Made by a program: the position numbers and the translations under genes
Source: Octopus sinensis
Taxonomy: Eukaryota
Assembly (NCBI RefSeq): GCF_006345805.1
Contig: NC_043004.1
Location: forward strand, 51,212,001-51,276,000
Direction of reading: 5' to 3'
DNA: 64,000 nt
Shown: piece after piece, positions 39,530 through 53,170 of the stretch
Position numbering within the stretch: the stretch's first letter is position 1
How the letters are laid out: every line of letters begins with the position of its first letter
Notes under the pieces: generated by a model
Told to the model about the DNA's origin: nothing
The model's input: the letters and a program-made list of their open reading frames with translations, nothing else
Databases searched by the model: none

Positions 39530-40080
39530 CTACAATAGGCACAAGGCCTGATATTTTGGTGCGTAACTGGTATTTATTTTACCGATCTCAAAAGAATGAA
39601 AGACAAAGTTGACCTCGGCGGAATTCGAACTCAGAACATAAAGACGAACGAAATACTTATTTCTATTTCTTTACTACCCACAAGGGGCTAAACACAGAGG
39701 GAACAAACAAGGACAGACAAACGGATTAAGTCGATTACATCGACTCCAGAGCATAACTGGTACTTATTTAATCGACCCCGAAAGGATGAAAAGCAAAGTC
39801 GACCTCGGCGGAATTTGAACCCAAAACGTAACGACAGACGAAATACCTATTTCTTTACTACCCACAAGGGGCTAAAGACAGAGGGGACAAACAAGGACAG
39901 ACAAACGGATTAAGTCGATTATATTGACCCCAGTACGTAACTGGTACTTAATTTATCGACCCCGAAAGGTTGAAAGGCAAAGTCGACCTCGGCGGAATTT
40001 GAACTCAGAACGTATCGGCAGACGAAATACCGCTAAGCATTTCGCCCGGCGTGCTAACGATTCTACCAGCTCGCCGCCCC
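39530..40080 (-). mobile_element. Tandem array of SINE family B (one full copy plus truncated copies)
   Basis: ttctttactacccacaaggggctaaa and gacctcggcggaatt repeated; another full copy at 42413-42637. Confidence 0.8.
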
Positions 40081-41109
40081 TTTACACGGAAAATAATGAA
40101 ATATCTACTTAAACGCAAAGTCAACCTTTGCGGAATTTCCTCATTTAAATCTCGATGAGAGTCAACTTAGCCATTCATCCTTGTGGGATCGATAAAATAA
40201 AGTACTATAACGCATCTTCGATGTGAATGAAATTATAACAGAAGGCAAAGACCTTGCGAAACCCACCTCCAAATATGTGTGACTTTGTGGCCCAGCGAGG
40301 GATTGAATTACTTTATTATTTTACATTCTAAGTTCAAATCCTGTCGAGTTTATTTTGCTTTAAAAGAAAGGTCAATAAAATAAGTATCAGTGAAGCAATA
40401 GGTTTGATAAATCAACTACATCCTCCACAGGAGTGTGTGCATCTATTCACATAAGAATCTCAGATGGATAATTTTAACTTTCGACACATATTTACTAACA
40501 CCGGGAACTCTTTCAACTTAAAAATTCTTATCGCTTTGTTAGCGACCGGCTTGAACTCTCTTAAAAACCTAGATAAAACTCAAAGAAAAATATACGTACA
40601 TACATACATGCATACATACATACATACATACATACATACATACATACATACATACATACATACATACATGCATACATGCATACATGCATACATACATACA
40701 TGCATACATACATACATACGTATGTATGTATGTATGTATGTATGTATGTATGTATGTATGTATGTATATTTTTCTTTTACATACACACTGGCACTCCGTC
40801 GGTTACGAAAACGAGGGTTCCAGTTGATACAATCAACCGAACAGCCAGCCTGTTCGTGAAATTAGCGTGCAAGTGGCCGAATATTCCACAGACACGCATA
40901 CCCTTCATGTGATTTTCAGGGAAATTCAGCGTGACACAAAGTGTGACATGGGTGTACCTTTGAATCACAGGTGCAACTGATTTTTGCCAGCTGAGTGAAC
41001 TGAAGCAACGAGAAATAAAACGTCTTACTTAAGGATACAAGGCATCGCTGGGAATCAAACTGAAGGTGTTATGATCGTGGGCCGAATACCATAGCCACAC
41101 GCCTTCTCA

Positions 41110-42400
41110 TTACACCCCCCATTGACAGGCACGATGTTGTGGTCATTTTCTGAGAGAAAGTCCCTACATGGACATGTGTCAATAACAGTACATACTGGAG
41201 TGAGACAAACATCGTCCCACTAGCAACTCACTTTTCGCCCTTCTTGGGGGCTTGTTAATGACGTATAACCTGTAATAACATAACTAAATGAAATCTGTTA
41301 CCTCTGATATATAACGAACAGTGCATAATACATTCACAAATATTGCGGAAAGCTTATCGGGCTAAAATAAATTCGGTACACACAATCGAAACAGCATTAA
41401 ATTATAAATGCCATCTGTGTACCATTGTGATACATGTTATGTTCTGTTTAATGACCTTTACTGATTGACGCATTCATCCATTTTGTTACCAGAATGTCTT
41501 TGGCTTGTGTAGTTAATAAGTTTATAATAATAAGTAAATAATAAGTTTAGTGAAAATATGTGCGGATTTGTTCTTGTATTGTCCTAATGGCCTGATCTCT
41601 TAATCTGTTGGGGTGTCTTTTATTAACTAATATTTGTTTTTTCATGAAAGATTTCCTTACTTAAAGCTTATTTAATGGATGAAAATATATCAACTCGTCT
41701 AAGGAGAGATTAGACTACTGATATATTTTTTGTATCTAAGGGACACTTGCTATCCCCCATGCATATATAAGCATTTCTTTATGTAGGGGGAAGGTGTCGT
41801 TATTCTTTATATTTAAGGGCAGGTTGGTTTCGGACAGAATTTATGCTCAAGAATTGTTGGATCGTAAATGTAAAGACAGAAATATTTTCAAGATCTTCAG
41901 CTTGTTCATCTATATCTATCACAAACCCTGATAGATCAGTAGACCAGGTCACTGAAAAAATTCATTCACACAGCTACAAGAAATTCAGCACTAAGTTAAA
42001 ATGCACAAGCCACATATAACTGGTTCTCTAGGAGCCAAAGACATTCTGGTTACAGAATGGTTATGTCAATAAAAAAACATATAAAACAGAACACAATTTG
42101 TATATTCACTTAACCACAAACTCATGGTCACGATATATTGTAATAACACCAGTATGAAAACCTCTTCAACAACATGAGACAAAAGACTAACAAACCATAG
42201 AATGTAATTGAGACAATCAATGTAAAACACAGATTACAATGTAAACATGAAAGTGGTAAGCTTCATAACTCAGACTATTACATCACAGACAGAAATACGA
42301 CAATGTCTCATTCGCTGACCATACATTTACAACAGGTGACCATCACAACTCATAGCAATACTGTACACAAAACAAAATTACATTAAAAATTATTAGTTAA
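41110..42400 (-). mobile_element. Penelope-like element relic (RT thumb region plus inverted terminal sequence)
   Basis: Minus translation GDSKCPLDTKNISVV*SLLRRVDIFSS..KEI/KQILVNKRHPNRLRDQAI at ~41580-41765; ~40-bp inverted repeat 41466-41506 vs 42032-42072. Confidence 0.55.
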
Positions 42401-43483
42401 GGGCAATATATATTTCTTTACTACCCACAAGGGGCTAAACATAGAGGGGACAAACAAGGACAGACAAACGGATTAAGTCGATTACATCGACCCCAGTGCG
42501 TAACTGGTACTTTAGTTATCGACCCCGAAAGGATGAAAGGCAAAGTCGACCTCGGCGGAATTTGAACTCAGAACATAGCGACAGACGAAATACCGCTAAG
42601 CTTTTCGCCCGGCGCGCTAACGTTTCAGCCAGCTCGCAATATAATTTTGTAGAGAATTCCACAAAAACAAATTTAGAATGACTTTGGTAGCTTTACAACT
42701 AATAAAATACAAACGAAAAATCAACATAAATATGGACCACGCATACATAGATAAGGAAATGCACCAGGAGTTGCTGCTATGTGATTTTTAAATCCGGAGT
42801 CGACGATTTTATCTATTGCAACCCGTGATGTCTTGCGAGCTACATCAAAACGCGCGAACAACATTAGTAACGTCGTTTTATTCTGATAAAGGGACTGTGA
42901 AAGTTCCGATTCGTTAATGCCCTTTGTTGCAACAAATCAGACAAATTACAGAAGCTACACACATAATAGAAGCTAAACCTAGCCTGAATAGGAAACTGGA
43001 ATGGAACACTAGCACACACCACAACATATGACGGTAGAGGATCCCCATAAACTGGTTACAATATAAACAAAACCGAAAACATAATAAATAAAATACGCAG
43101 ATAAATAAACAAATAGAAATAAATAACTATATAAGTTTTTTTTTGTTTAATTAAAAAAATTTTTTTTATTATGATTATTATCATTATTATTATTACTAGT
43201 ATTGTTGTTATACATACATACATACAAGCATACGTAATGATAATAATAATATGTGGATGTAAACACATGAACAAAATAAGAATAAACAGCAACAACAAAA
43301 ACAAATTACATGAACGTATATAAACAGAAGATACAAATATTACAGGCACCCCCCCCACACACACACTAAATAAACATAGACGCACATAGAGATATAAGCA
43401 TGCGCAAATGAAGACATACAATAGAAATACTAAATGGCAGACGGTTAGTAAAGAGAGACACAAATAAGAAAGAAGAAAACAAA

Positions 43484-43528
43484 GGACCATTGATGTGGTC
43501 ACAGGAGTGTGACGAAAGAACTCTGGCC
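43484..43528 (+). ncRNA. HHR-like motif, degenerate
   Basis: GGACCA-TTGATGT-G-GTCAC-AGGAGT-GTGAC-GAAA-GAAC-TC-TGGCC. Confidence 0.45.
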
Positions 43529-43693
43529 GAAATAAGATTAAGATTAATGTAAAAATAAATAACACTGAAGCAAAATAACACCAAATATATAGTGCGCGTG
43601 TTTTTATTGGCTAAACTGGCAAAATGACCATTCCTAAATACAACAATATCTGTTTCAACACACGACTTCACATAAAAAAATCTTACACAACAA

Positions 43694-43727
<34 letters not shown>

Positions 43728-43834
43728 CTGTATATATATATATATATATATATACGCATATATTGTATATATATGTGTGTGTTTATATATATTATATATA
43801 TATATATATACATGTATATATATGTATATATATA

Positions 43835-43873
<39 letters not shown>

Positions 43874-43903
43874 TATATAATATATATATATATATAATAT
43901 ATA

Positions 43904-43952
<49 letters not shown>

Positions 43953-44014
43953 TATATTTCTATATACATGTATATTTATATGCATGTATAAAAATATGAG
44001 TTTGGGTGGTGCAT

Positions 44015-44910
44015 CCTAAATCCTGTCATTATTTTTATTGTTTTCCTGTATTTTAATTATTTCATTTAGAGTTCAGTTAATATTGTAGCTGTAACTTATA
44101 ACTTGGACGGCTAGAGTGTTGATACCCATTATCTTGTTTTTTGCATTGAGCTCTGTTTTTAGTATTAATCTAACTCGTCTATAATATCTTCTCTTTCATT
44201 TTTGTGTGTTGTATTGTATCTAGTTCATTGATTCCTAAGTATTTGTATGCCTGGCTTTCGTCTAATTCTCTTATTTCATTTGCTTCATCTAGTGTGATGT
44301 TGCTACTCTTAACTAGTTTTCCTCTTTTCAAGGTTGTTTTCTCACATTTTTCTAAGCCAAATTTCATGTTTATTTCTTTGGTAAATCCATGTAATGTCTG
44401 TAGTAATATTTTCAGCTGTTTATCATTTGTATTGTACAGCTTTAGATCATCCATATATAAGAGGTGGCCGATCGTTTTGCCGTAACAGTTATATCCACAT
44501 CCAGTTCTGTTTCGCATGCCACATTAAGGTGTCAGTGCCGAGCAGAAAAGGAGTGGCGAGAGCGTGTCTCTTTGAAATATTCCTCTTCTAATGTGGATGA
44601 CTTTGGTGCTACCTTGTTCATGGCGAGTGCTCCTAGGATCAATATGTGGGGAATTCTATCAAAAGCCTTTCGGTAATCGATCCAGGCCATACTGAGGCCT
44701 TTCTTCTTTCTGCAGCTGTCTTCAGTTATGGCTTTACTGATCAGTAGCTGATCTTTACAGCTGTATGATCCCTTGCAGCATCCCTTCTGCTCTTCTGGAA
44801 ACAGGGTGTTTTACTTCCAGATGTTTGCTTATTCTCTGCGATATTATTGTATTAAAGGCTTTGTAAATTGTAGGGAGACAAGATATTGGTCCGTAATTTT
44901 GGGGGTTTGC
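44015..44910 (-). mobile_element. RLE LINE RT fragment
   Basis: NYGPISCLPTIYK, HLLYMDDLKLY, KFGLEKC, YKYLGI; abuts a long (TAA)n. Confidence 0.85.
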
Positions 44911-44911
<1 letters not shown>

Positions 44912-44976
<65 letters not shown>

Positions 44977-45007
44977 TATTGTTATTATTACTATTATTAT
45001 TATCATT

Positions 45008-45063
<56 letters not shown>

Positions 45064-45118
45064 TATTGTTATTATTACTATTATTATTATCATTATTATC
45101 ATTATCATTATCATTATT

Positions 45119-45165
<47 letters not shown>

Positions 45166-45178
45166 CATTATTATCATT

Positions 45179-45233
<55 letters not shown>

Positions 45234-45290
45234 GCATTATTATTATTGTTGTTGTTGTTGCTGCTGCTGCTGCTGCTGTTGTTGTAGTTG
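44912..45290. repeat. (ATT)n/(ATC)n/(GTT)n/(GCT)n trinucleotide block
   Basis: Direct reading. Confidence 0.95.
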
Positions 45291-45294
45291 TTGT

Positions 45295-46390
45295 TTCTCT
45301 TTATCACAGGTTTTGTTGGAGTTCCTAGAGTTTTGAATGCACAACAGGTTGCTACCTGCAGCCTACGGTACCATGCTATCCGTTCTTTTCAGCTATCTAA
45401 TACTTTCTTGATTATTCTGGCCGTGCCAAGGAGGCAAACCTTTTGTAACAGTTCTACTGGGCACTCTATTCCAATTTCCCTTATATTCCCCATGATGACT
45501 TATACTGTTCCCAATGACCTCACAATAATTGGCACTATCTTCACCTTCTTCATTTTCCATAACCGGGCTATTTCGTACTTAAAAGGGTTGAATTTACATA
45601 ATCTGATCAATAAGTATCCGGACTGTTGCCACAGTAACGAAGCTAAAGCACGAAGAGTGAAGCCGCTTGGCACAGATGGACCTTGAACTCTGTTGTGCGC
45701 ACGCACTAAGTTTTAACGTTCTAGCTCACTTCTGCTGTTTACAGCAACGCTTGGCAATACCTGCTCAGAGGCCTACGCAAAGTTTTCAAAAAGTTTTCAT
45801 CGTTCTCGACACAATCAATGAGATATTTTGCAATAAAAAGCCGAGTGTCATTTTGGTCAGCTGAAAGCAGTTTAGGCACAAACTTGGTAGACTCGCGTCT
45901 CATACCCTAATCTTCAGTGTTAATGGACTGAACTGAACCGTAACTAATCTGCACATCCTCTGATAACTCACGGATGGTGATTCAAAGATTTCCCCCTCAC
46001 AGCTACACGCACGATGTTTATCACAGTTGTTCTGGTTGCGAGTCTCCCAGAACGTTCGTCAATATCGACATTTTTTCGGCCATCTTGGAAACGTCTGAGC
46101 CACTCGTACACTTGTGTGCGGCTCATACACTCCTCTGCATACTACAGCAACAGTCCGTATACTTATTGATCAGACCTCATATCTATCTTTTCGCCTTCCT
46201 TCTTGACTATTCGTGAGTTAAAGGGGCACGCAACATCAACTATATAGCATATGTGGTGTGCCTTGTTCACCACTACTAGGTCCGGTCTGTTATACTCTAG
46301 TACCCAATTAGTTTGGATTGGGAAATCCCAGAGTATTCTGATAGTCTCCGACTCCGCAACTCTGCAGTTTGTGCTCATACCACTATTGTT
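45295..46390 (-). mobile_element. RLE LINE 3' end split by a mariner insertion
   Basis: ILWDFPIQT..RPDLVVV..DVACP..EKID continues as KFNPFKYEIARLWKMKKVKIVPII across the insertion. Confidence 0.82.
45597..46179. mobile_element. Internally deleted and inverted mariner
   Basis: TIR tctgatcaataagtatNcggactgttg at both ends with TA flanks; transposase pieces LGNTCSEAYAKF(+) and YAEECMSRTQVYEW..KFVPKLL(-). Confidence 0.82.
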
Positions 46391-46404
46391 TTATGTGAGC
46401 CATT

Positions 46405-46983
46405 GTGGCTTATAAAATCTTCGAAAGAAAATACAAGAAATTACGCAATGCCGCACCACAACAGCTGGAAATAGCTCTGAAGCCTATATGGGGCCAAAAG
46501 AGCTATGTAACTAAGGGAAAGCGGTTTGGAACCGTAGAAGTTCGCTTCCCAACAGAGGAGAAAGCAAAAAAGCATGCCATCCAAACATTACAAACAGACA
46601 ATTTGTTACTCGAGCCGACTAACCTTGGTCGGCGAGTAACGAAAATCAAAATCGACCAGGTGCCGCCCGAGCTGGATATATCTTGGCTGGTGGAAGCTGT
46701 CCTCTACGACATAGAGGACACTGCCACTATTCTGGATGTACGGAGATTAAAGGAGAAGAACTGGTCAGGAATGGGAGTGCAGCTCCTGGCACATATTCAG
46801 CAAGGAAATATAAACACAATTTCAGATTCTGTAAATTTGTCGGACGGCACCAGATTGCACGTTACTGTAGAGGGGCGAAGGCCAAAGTGCTACCTCTGCA
46901 GCAGCGAAAGCCATCTGAAGAGGGACTGCCCCATTTATAAGAAAAGAATGAAGGCAGAAGGTAAGAGACAGCAGCAGCAGTAG
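46405..46983 (+). pseudogene. Tx1 ORF1 (Gag-like, CX2CX4HX4C)
   Basis: CYLCSSESHLKRDC; the stop lies in a CAG run and the frame continues Thr/Pro-rich. Confidence 0.8.
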
Positions 46984-47779
46984 CAACAACAACAACAGAA
47001 ACAATAACAACCTGAAACAACAAAGGTTGCCACACCACCAACATCATCACCACCACCAAGAAGAGCAACACCACTTCCAGCCATCACCAAGCCAACACCA
47101 ACACCAAGAAGGACCACGCAGAAGGAAGTACCAACACCGTCACAAACACCAACAACTACAGCAACATCACCGTTTCCCACAAACAATAATGATTTTCGCC
47201 AAACTTTTGAAACGGACCCGACAAATGTCCCCTTTCCAGATCAGGTAAGCTCGGATTGTGCAAGCACTGATAGCGAGAAAGGGGAGTGGCAAACGGTGCC
47301 ACCAAAAAAGGAAAAGATGCAAAAAACAAAAAGACACACACAAAACACAGAAGTACGAACAAATAGAGCTTCCTCAAATCAATAACAACAACATGCACTC
47401 ACAACAACAAACAACAACACTTTCGCCACCATTACTGCCACACATTACTACCACACACACCAACACACACAGAAACGAACAACTTGTATCACACATAAAA
47501 GAAAACTCTATACTCAGACTTTATTATACCTAAATACTCAGACTTTACTATACCAACGCACAATACACCATCGGCACACATTCTTACAATAAAAATAAAC
47601 AAAACTATATATAATGAAATCAAGGAGAAATTCCCTAACGATGTAGGGTCGCTAGGGAGAAATTTCTCCCAAAAACTATATAAAAACTTGGTGGAAACAC
47701 CCGTGTAAAAGCACAAGGGAGCCACCCCACCAAACAACAGTAAGTAGAGCCTTTTTCTCCTTCTGACCTTTTTAAAAAA

Positions 47780-50700
47780 AACATAGCTAAACTCAGAATA
47801 GGTTGCTTAAATGTGAGAGGCCTCGGGTCACTTTGGAAACAGGGCCACCTGTTAAACGACCTGAGGTCTCACAGCGTGGATGTAGCAGCCATTAATGAAA
47901 TCAGGCTCTCCGACCCGCAAGAACTCGCGGCCCTTTTCGGCGGATATGAGATTTTTCTATCTCCGTGTCGGCCGGGAGCGGGCGGTGGTGGTACTGCGGT
48001 GTTGTTTCGGAAGGGCCTGGATTTGAAAATAAGGACAGTCTTCCTGGATCCAGAAGGTAAGTTGGTGTCCTCGACGTAGACGGTAGTGATGGCGGTGCTT
48101 TCAGACTGCTGGCTGTCTACGCTCCGACAAGAGCAGGGCAGTCCGATTATTTCAAGCGTCTGGAAGTTTTCTTAGGAACGTCACGCACTCTAGTGCTAGT
48201 CGTGGATTGGAACGCTGTCTTAGACGACGTTTCGATCGGGTGGGCACGGGAGCTTCTGATAGGAGAGGGGGGTGCAAGAGCCTCGCCAACCTGCTCAGAC
48301 GCTTTCAGCTGTCCGACAGGTTTCGACTAGACAACCCGAATGTGCCAATGTGAACTTGGACTAATCGCATCGGGTCGTCTAGATCGTACTTAGAGTGTTC
48401 TGTAGGCCAGCGGATAAGGACAGCATAGGGTGTCCACCTAGTCGACTACACAGATCACAAATTCGTGATCTGTACGGTCGACTTAGATAGGCTACATAGA
48501 CAGGGACCCGGCTACTGGAAGCTGAACGCGTCGTTAACGGCGTGCTAAGCCTACAGAGACCGGATTAGTTTATTAGTTAAACGGGCGCTCACGGGGGCAA
48601 TCATCAACAACAACTGGTGGTTTGCCCTCAAGAGAGCAATTAGAGTAGAGTCGATTAGGTTTAGTAAGGCTCTAGCTGTAGAACGTAGAAAAACAGAGCG
48701 GGATTTAGTTAGAAAACTAGACGAGGCTCTTGAGACAGGCATCGCAACTGACGTGTTGGCGGCTAGGTTGGCCCGAGACCAACACTTTGACGTCAAACAC
48801 TAAGGCTGCGCTGTCAGAGCTAAGGCGCGTTCGCTAAGCGGGGAGGGGACTAAGACCGCTCGATGGGCCCGCGTGGCGGAGGCGAAGCGAGGCAACAAAG
48901 CGATCATTCGGTCTTTGGTGGACCAGAACGGGCGCGAGGTTTCCGAACCGAAGCAGATGTGTGCGGTGTTTCAGCGGCACTTTGCTCAACTGTTTGGGAC
49001 GAACGGAGGGACGGACAACGATACAGACTTCGGTGTATACCTGGACGGCCTACCGCAACTCTCGCACAGCGAGGCAGAGTGCTGCGAAAGTCGATATCTG
49101 CCTTGGAAGTGGAGGAAACGATGAAAAGCTGCACGAGAGGTAGATCGCCGGGTTTGGATGGTCTGTCCTACGAGCTTTACATTTCAATATCAGACTTGTT
49201 TGCAGGTCTCTTGGAAACGTCTACTGCAACTGGCAGCAAAACGGGAGAATTCCTGCTTTTATTTGTCGAGGAGTAGTGGCTTTGCTGAGAAAGGACCCAA
49301 ACAAGGGGAACATTATAGGTAACTTTCGGCCCATCACTCTGCTCAATGCAGAGTTGAAGATTTTGGCTAAGGTGTTAGCCAAGAGATTGGCGCTTGTCGT
49401 AGACAAGCTGATTGGTAAGGTGCAGACATGCGCCATGCCGACCAGGTCGATACACGATAATTTCCATCTCATGCGCTACATCATAGAGAGGGTGAGTAAC
49501 GACACTGATGCGGGTGGGGCTTTGATCAATTTAAATCAGAGTAAAGCCTTCGATAGGGTCGACCATCGATACCTAGCAGCTGTTCTCAAGGCAGCCGGCT
49601 TCAGTCCAGTCTTTCGCGGGTGGATCGCTGCTTTATACAGCAACATCTGCTCAGTGATACGGGTGAACGGTCATCTCTCAGAGCCGTTTAACATCTCGCG
49701 TTCGGTCTGCCAAGGATGCCCACTCTCCTCCCTCTTGTACGTATTGACTCTCGAGCCATTACTGCGCAAGTTGGAGGCTTTGAGGGGTATCCCGCGCGAT
49801 CTAGGAGATGGAAACAGCGTGTCTGCCTATGCCGACGACGTCACCGTGATGATGTCGAGCCACAGGCACATTGACCTGATCGGCGAGACGCTGAACAAAT
49901 ACGAAGCGGTGACAGGGGCAAAGATTAACGCGGAAAAGTCCGTGGGCTTGCAACTGGGCACCTGGAGAGGCTAGTCCATGCCGTCCAACAGCGTCGTAGG
50001 GCGCTGGACAGACGGACCCGTTAAACTGCTCGGGGTCTGTTTCAGTCCGGACCTCCAGGTGGATAAAAACTGGGAAGAAGTGACGAGCAGGGTGGCCAGT
50101 CTCACCCAGAAATGGGCCGAGAGGAAGCTGTCCCTGAAAGGTCGAGCGGAGGTGGCGAATGCGTACATCGCATCCGTCATCTATTACCGTTTGACCGTCG
50201 TCCCTTGTCCCGACCGCTGGTTGGCCAAGCTGGTACGCTTGCTCTTCGACTTTTTGTGGAAGGGTCGGGTACCACTGGTCAGGCAATCCATCTGCTGTCA
50301 ACGACCGCTGAACGGAGGCCTTGGCATGCCGTGGTTACTGATGCGCAGACATGCGCTCAGGCTACGACATCTCAAGCGTTTCCTAGACGGTGAACAGGTG
50401 TTGTCGTCTTTTGTCAGACGTGACTTTCCGCAGCTCGTCTCTTTGACAGAGCTGCAAACCTGGATCAAACGCAGACCGAGAAAGGGCGCTTGGCACCTCG
50501 AGTGCCGTCAGGCTCTCTCCGCCCTCCGTCAAGCGGGCAATGTGATCGGTAGTAGTTCCACTCTAGCGTTCTGTAGAGGGTTAGTGGAAGAAAAGTGCGA
50601 CGACGTTCTCGGGGAAACTCTAGGCGTTGACGATAACGAGCTGAGCAGTCTGTTCGGGAGGACTTTCGGGCCGGGGCCAATGGATAATTTCCAGAGGTCC

Positions 50701-51198
50701 CTCGCCTGGCAGTGTTACCGAGGGGTTCTGCCTGTTCGAGATAAACTCTACCGGAACGGAAGTGCTGTCAGCCGGATCTGCCCGAGGTGCTGCCAGGACG
50801 ACGAAACCGTCTTGCACGCACTCGTCCAGTGTCCGAGTATTGCTGAACTATGGGTTTATGTCGAACAGCTACTGTCGCGTATAGGACGGATCCGGCTATC
50901 AGCTGAATCCATAGTGAAGATTGCTCTGCCGACCTCCTTTAACCGGGAGGGCAAGACAATTTTCCTTTGCCTAGTGGCTGTAGCGAAAGAGGTGGTATGG
51001 TGGACCCGTTTGAAAGGGCTAAGGTCAGACACTTTCCTCTTTGGCCCAGGCCTCATCAACAACTTTTTCAAGTTTCACTTGAAAAGGAAGGTGAGAGTAG
51101 AGAGGGAAGTGCTGTCCGATAGCAAGTTTAATGAAAGGTGGATAAATGTTGCAAGAATGGCCTGTATGAAAGGAGCCATTCTGAGGATACACCTGTAA
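47780..51198 (+). pseudogene. Tx1 ORF2 (APE endonuclease + RT), disrupted
   Basis: IGCLNVRGL, GYWKLN, FRPITLLN, KAFDRVDH, QGCPLS, AYADDV, CPRC..ETVLHALVQC; in-frame TAG at 49972 and upstream frameshifts. Confidence 0.9.
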
Positions 51199-51448
51199 TT
51201 AAAAAGGTAATATAAAAGGAGAAACGGGCTCTCTACCCCCCTCCTTTTGACCAGGCTCCCGTGGCTTTTATGGGTTTTTCCACCAGGAATCTTTCGTAAC
51301 GCCTCCCCCTATTGGGAGTTTTTTTGTTGTTATAATTTTTCGTTGTTACACTGTTTTTACACGGATTTTTACAAACGGACAAAACCCTTTGTAACTTACG
51401 TGGCCAATAAAAGAATTAATTATTATTATTATTATTATTATTATCATT

Positions 51449-51539
<91 letters not shown>

Positions 51540-51541
<2 letters not shown>

Positions 51542-52983
51542 CATCTCCAGCTTCTAATGCTGGAGATGTACTACGGTGTCAGCTGTTCACTACCAGTGAA
51601 CTAAGGTAACACCCCTTATTTTTCGAGCACCATCCGGAGTATTCGAGCGGTTCCAAGCGGTGCTGTTTTCTGCATGTGTTCCACCCTTATTGCATCCCCT
51701 ATTTGTTCCATGTACTTCTTAAGATTTTTACTCGCTGTTCCCAGGGCTCCGACAATTATTGGTACTACTACCACCTTTTTCATCAACCACAACTGCTTAA
51801 CCTCCCAAGTTAACCTGTCAAATCTATCGACTTTTCTTTCTTCTTTATCGCATACCTTGTTGTCAGCTGGGCATGCTATATCTATGATCCAGCATAGTTT
51901 GCTTTCTTTCTCACTTAAGACTATGTCTGGCTTCCTATTCTCTATCTCGTGGTTGCACTGAATCATAAAATCCCACAGGATCTTTGCATTTATCATCTTT
52001 AATGATGCTTTCGGGCTTATGTTCGTACCAATTTTTTCTCTGTCAAGTCCATACTTGCTATATTGTCATGGCGCCTCTTATATTCCTTCTGGGCAAGTGG
52101 CGTACGTTGACTGGCAATGTGCCATAGCCACAAATTCTTCACTTATCACTTTCTGATGTTGTCTATTGTGTATTTTATGTAGTTTGTTCTTAGTACATGC
52201 TCTTGGGCAGCACAGATTAGAGCCTCCGTTTCTGGTTTTAAATCACTTTTAGTCATCTACAACCATCCTTTTTCAGTCTGTCTTATCTTCAACACCCCCA
52301 TGAAATTGTCCATGCATTCCTTTCTTTACTCACGTATTTTAAGTTTCATTCGTTTTCAATTGCTTGTACAGTGCTTTATCTTTGCAATCTTCCATCCTAC
52401 ACAAGCTTGACTTTCTTACTTTTATAATAGCGATTCTGTGGTATTTTTATATACCATGCTACGTTGCTTTCTTCTGCCTTAATGCTGTGTTCGCATCCAA
52501 TCAGTCCTCTTCTCCCTCTTTTTCTTGGTACATACACTCTGTCTGTATCACTTTTTGGGTGGAGTACCCCATATCTTTCTGTCTAAGCTGTTTAGTTCCT
52601 CTACTGTCCATGCGATTACCCCTGCTCCATATCTAAGGAGTGAAACCGCCCAGGTGTTGATAACTTCAATCTTATTCCGTTCGTTTAATTTCAACTTAAG
52701 GATCAGTCTCAGACTGCGCAAGTACTCTACCTTAAATTTTTCTGTCATTTCTTTCTCCATCAATTTATCCATTTCCAATATCCACAAGTACTTATAGCCC
52801 GTCTCTTCTATCTGCTTCATAACCTCTCCCGACGGTATCGTTAGCCGGTCCACACATTTGATTTTGCCTCTCTTCAAGACTAACACACCACACTTTTTCA
52901 GTCCGAACTCCATTCTGATATCAGCACTGAAAGTATACACCGTATCAACGAGAGAACTGACTTGGGATTCATCTTTACCATAA
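51540..52983 (-). mobile_element. RLE LINE 3' part, third subfamily, decayed
   Basis: MEFGLKKC, YKYL, ILWDFMIQC..KPDIVL..IDIACP, VPIIVGALG. Confidence 0.85.
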
Positions 52984-53017
52984 ACATAATAATAATAATA
53001 ATATAATAATAATAATA

Positions 53018-53054
<37 letters not shown>

Positions 53055-53104
53055 TATAATAATAATAATAATTATTATTATTATTATAATTATTATTATT
53101 ATTA

Positions 53105-53167
<63 letters not shown>

Positions 53168-53170
<3 letters not shown>

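Larger units (their letters stand above)
46395..51445 (+). mobile_element. Tx1/L1-clade LINE, near full length, inactivated
   Basis: ORF1 with zinc knuckle; ORF2 with APE, RT and C-terminal Cys/His motif; AATAAA then (ATT)n tail. Confidence 0.92.

Noticed and set aside
39530-40080. Repeated units suggesting a CRISPR-like array
   Set aside because: Tandem SINE pieces with no unique spacers; eukaryotic context
40598-40766. (CATA)n/(TATG)n self-complementary tract; also (AAT)n/(ATT)n at 52985-53165
   Set aside because: Inverted microsatellites with no further evidence of function
44755-45307. Poly-I/N/Y/L ORFs
   Set aside because: Translations of (ATT)n repeats
49801-50301. 166-aa antisense ORF in Tx1 and antisense ORFs in Gypsy/RLE elements
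   Set aside because: Shadow frames of TE coding sequence
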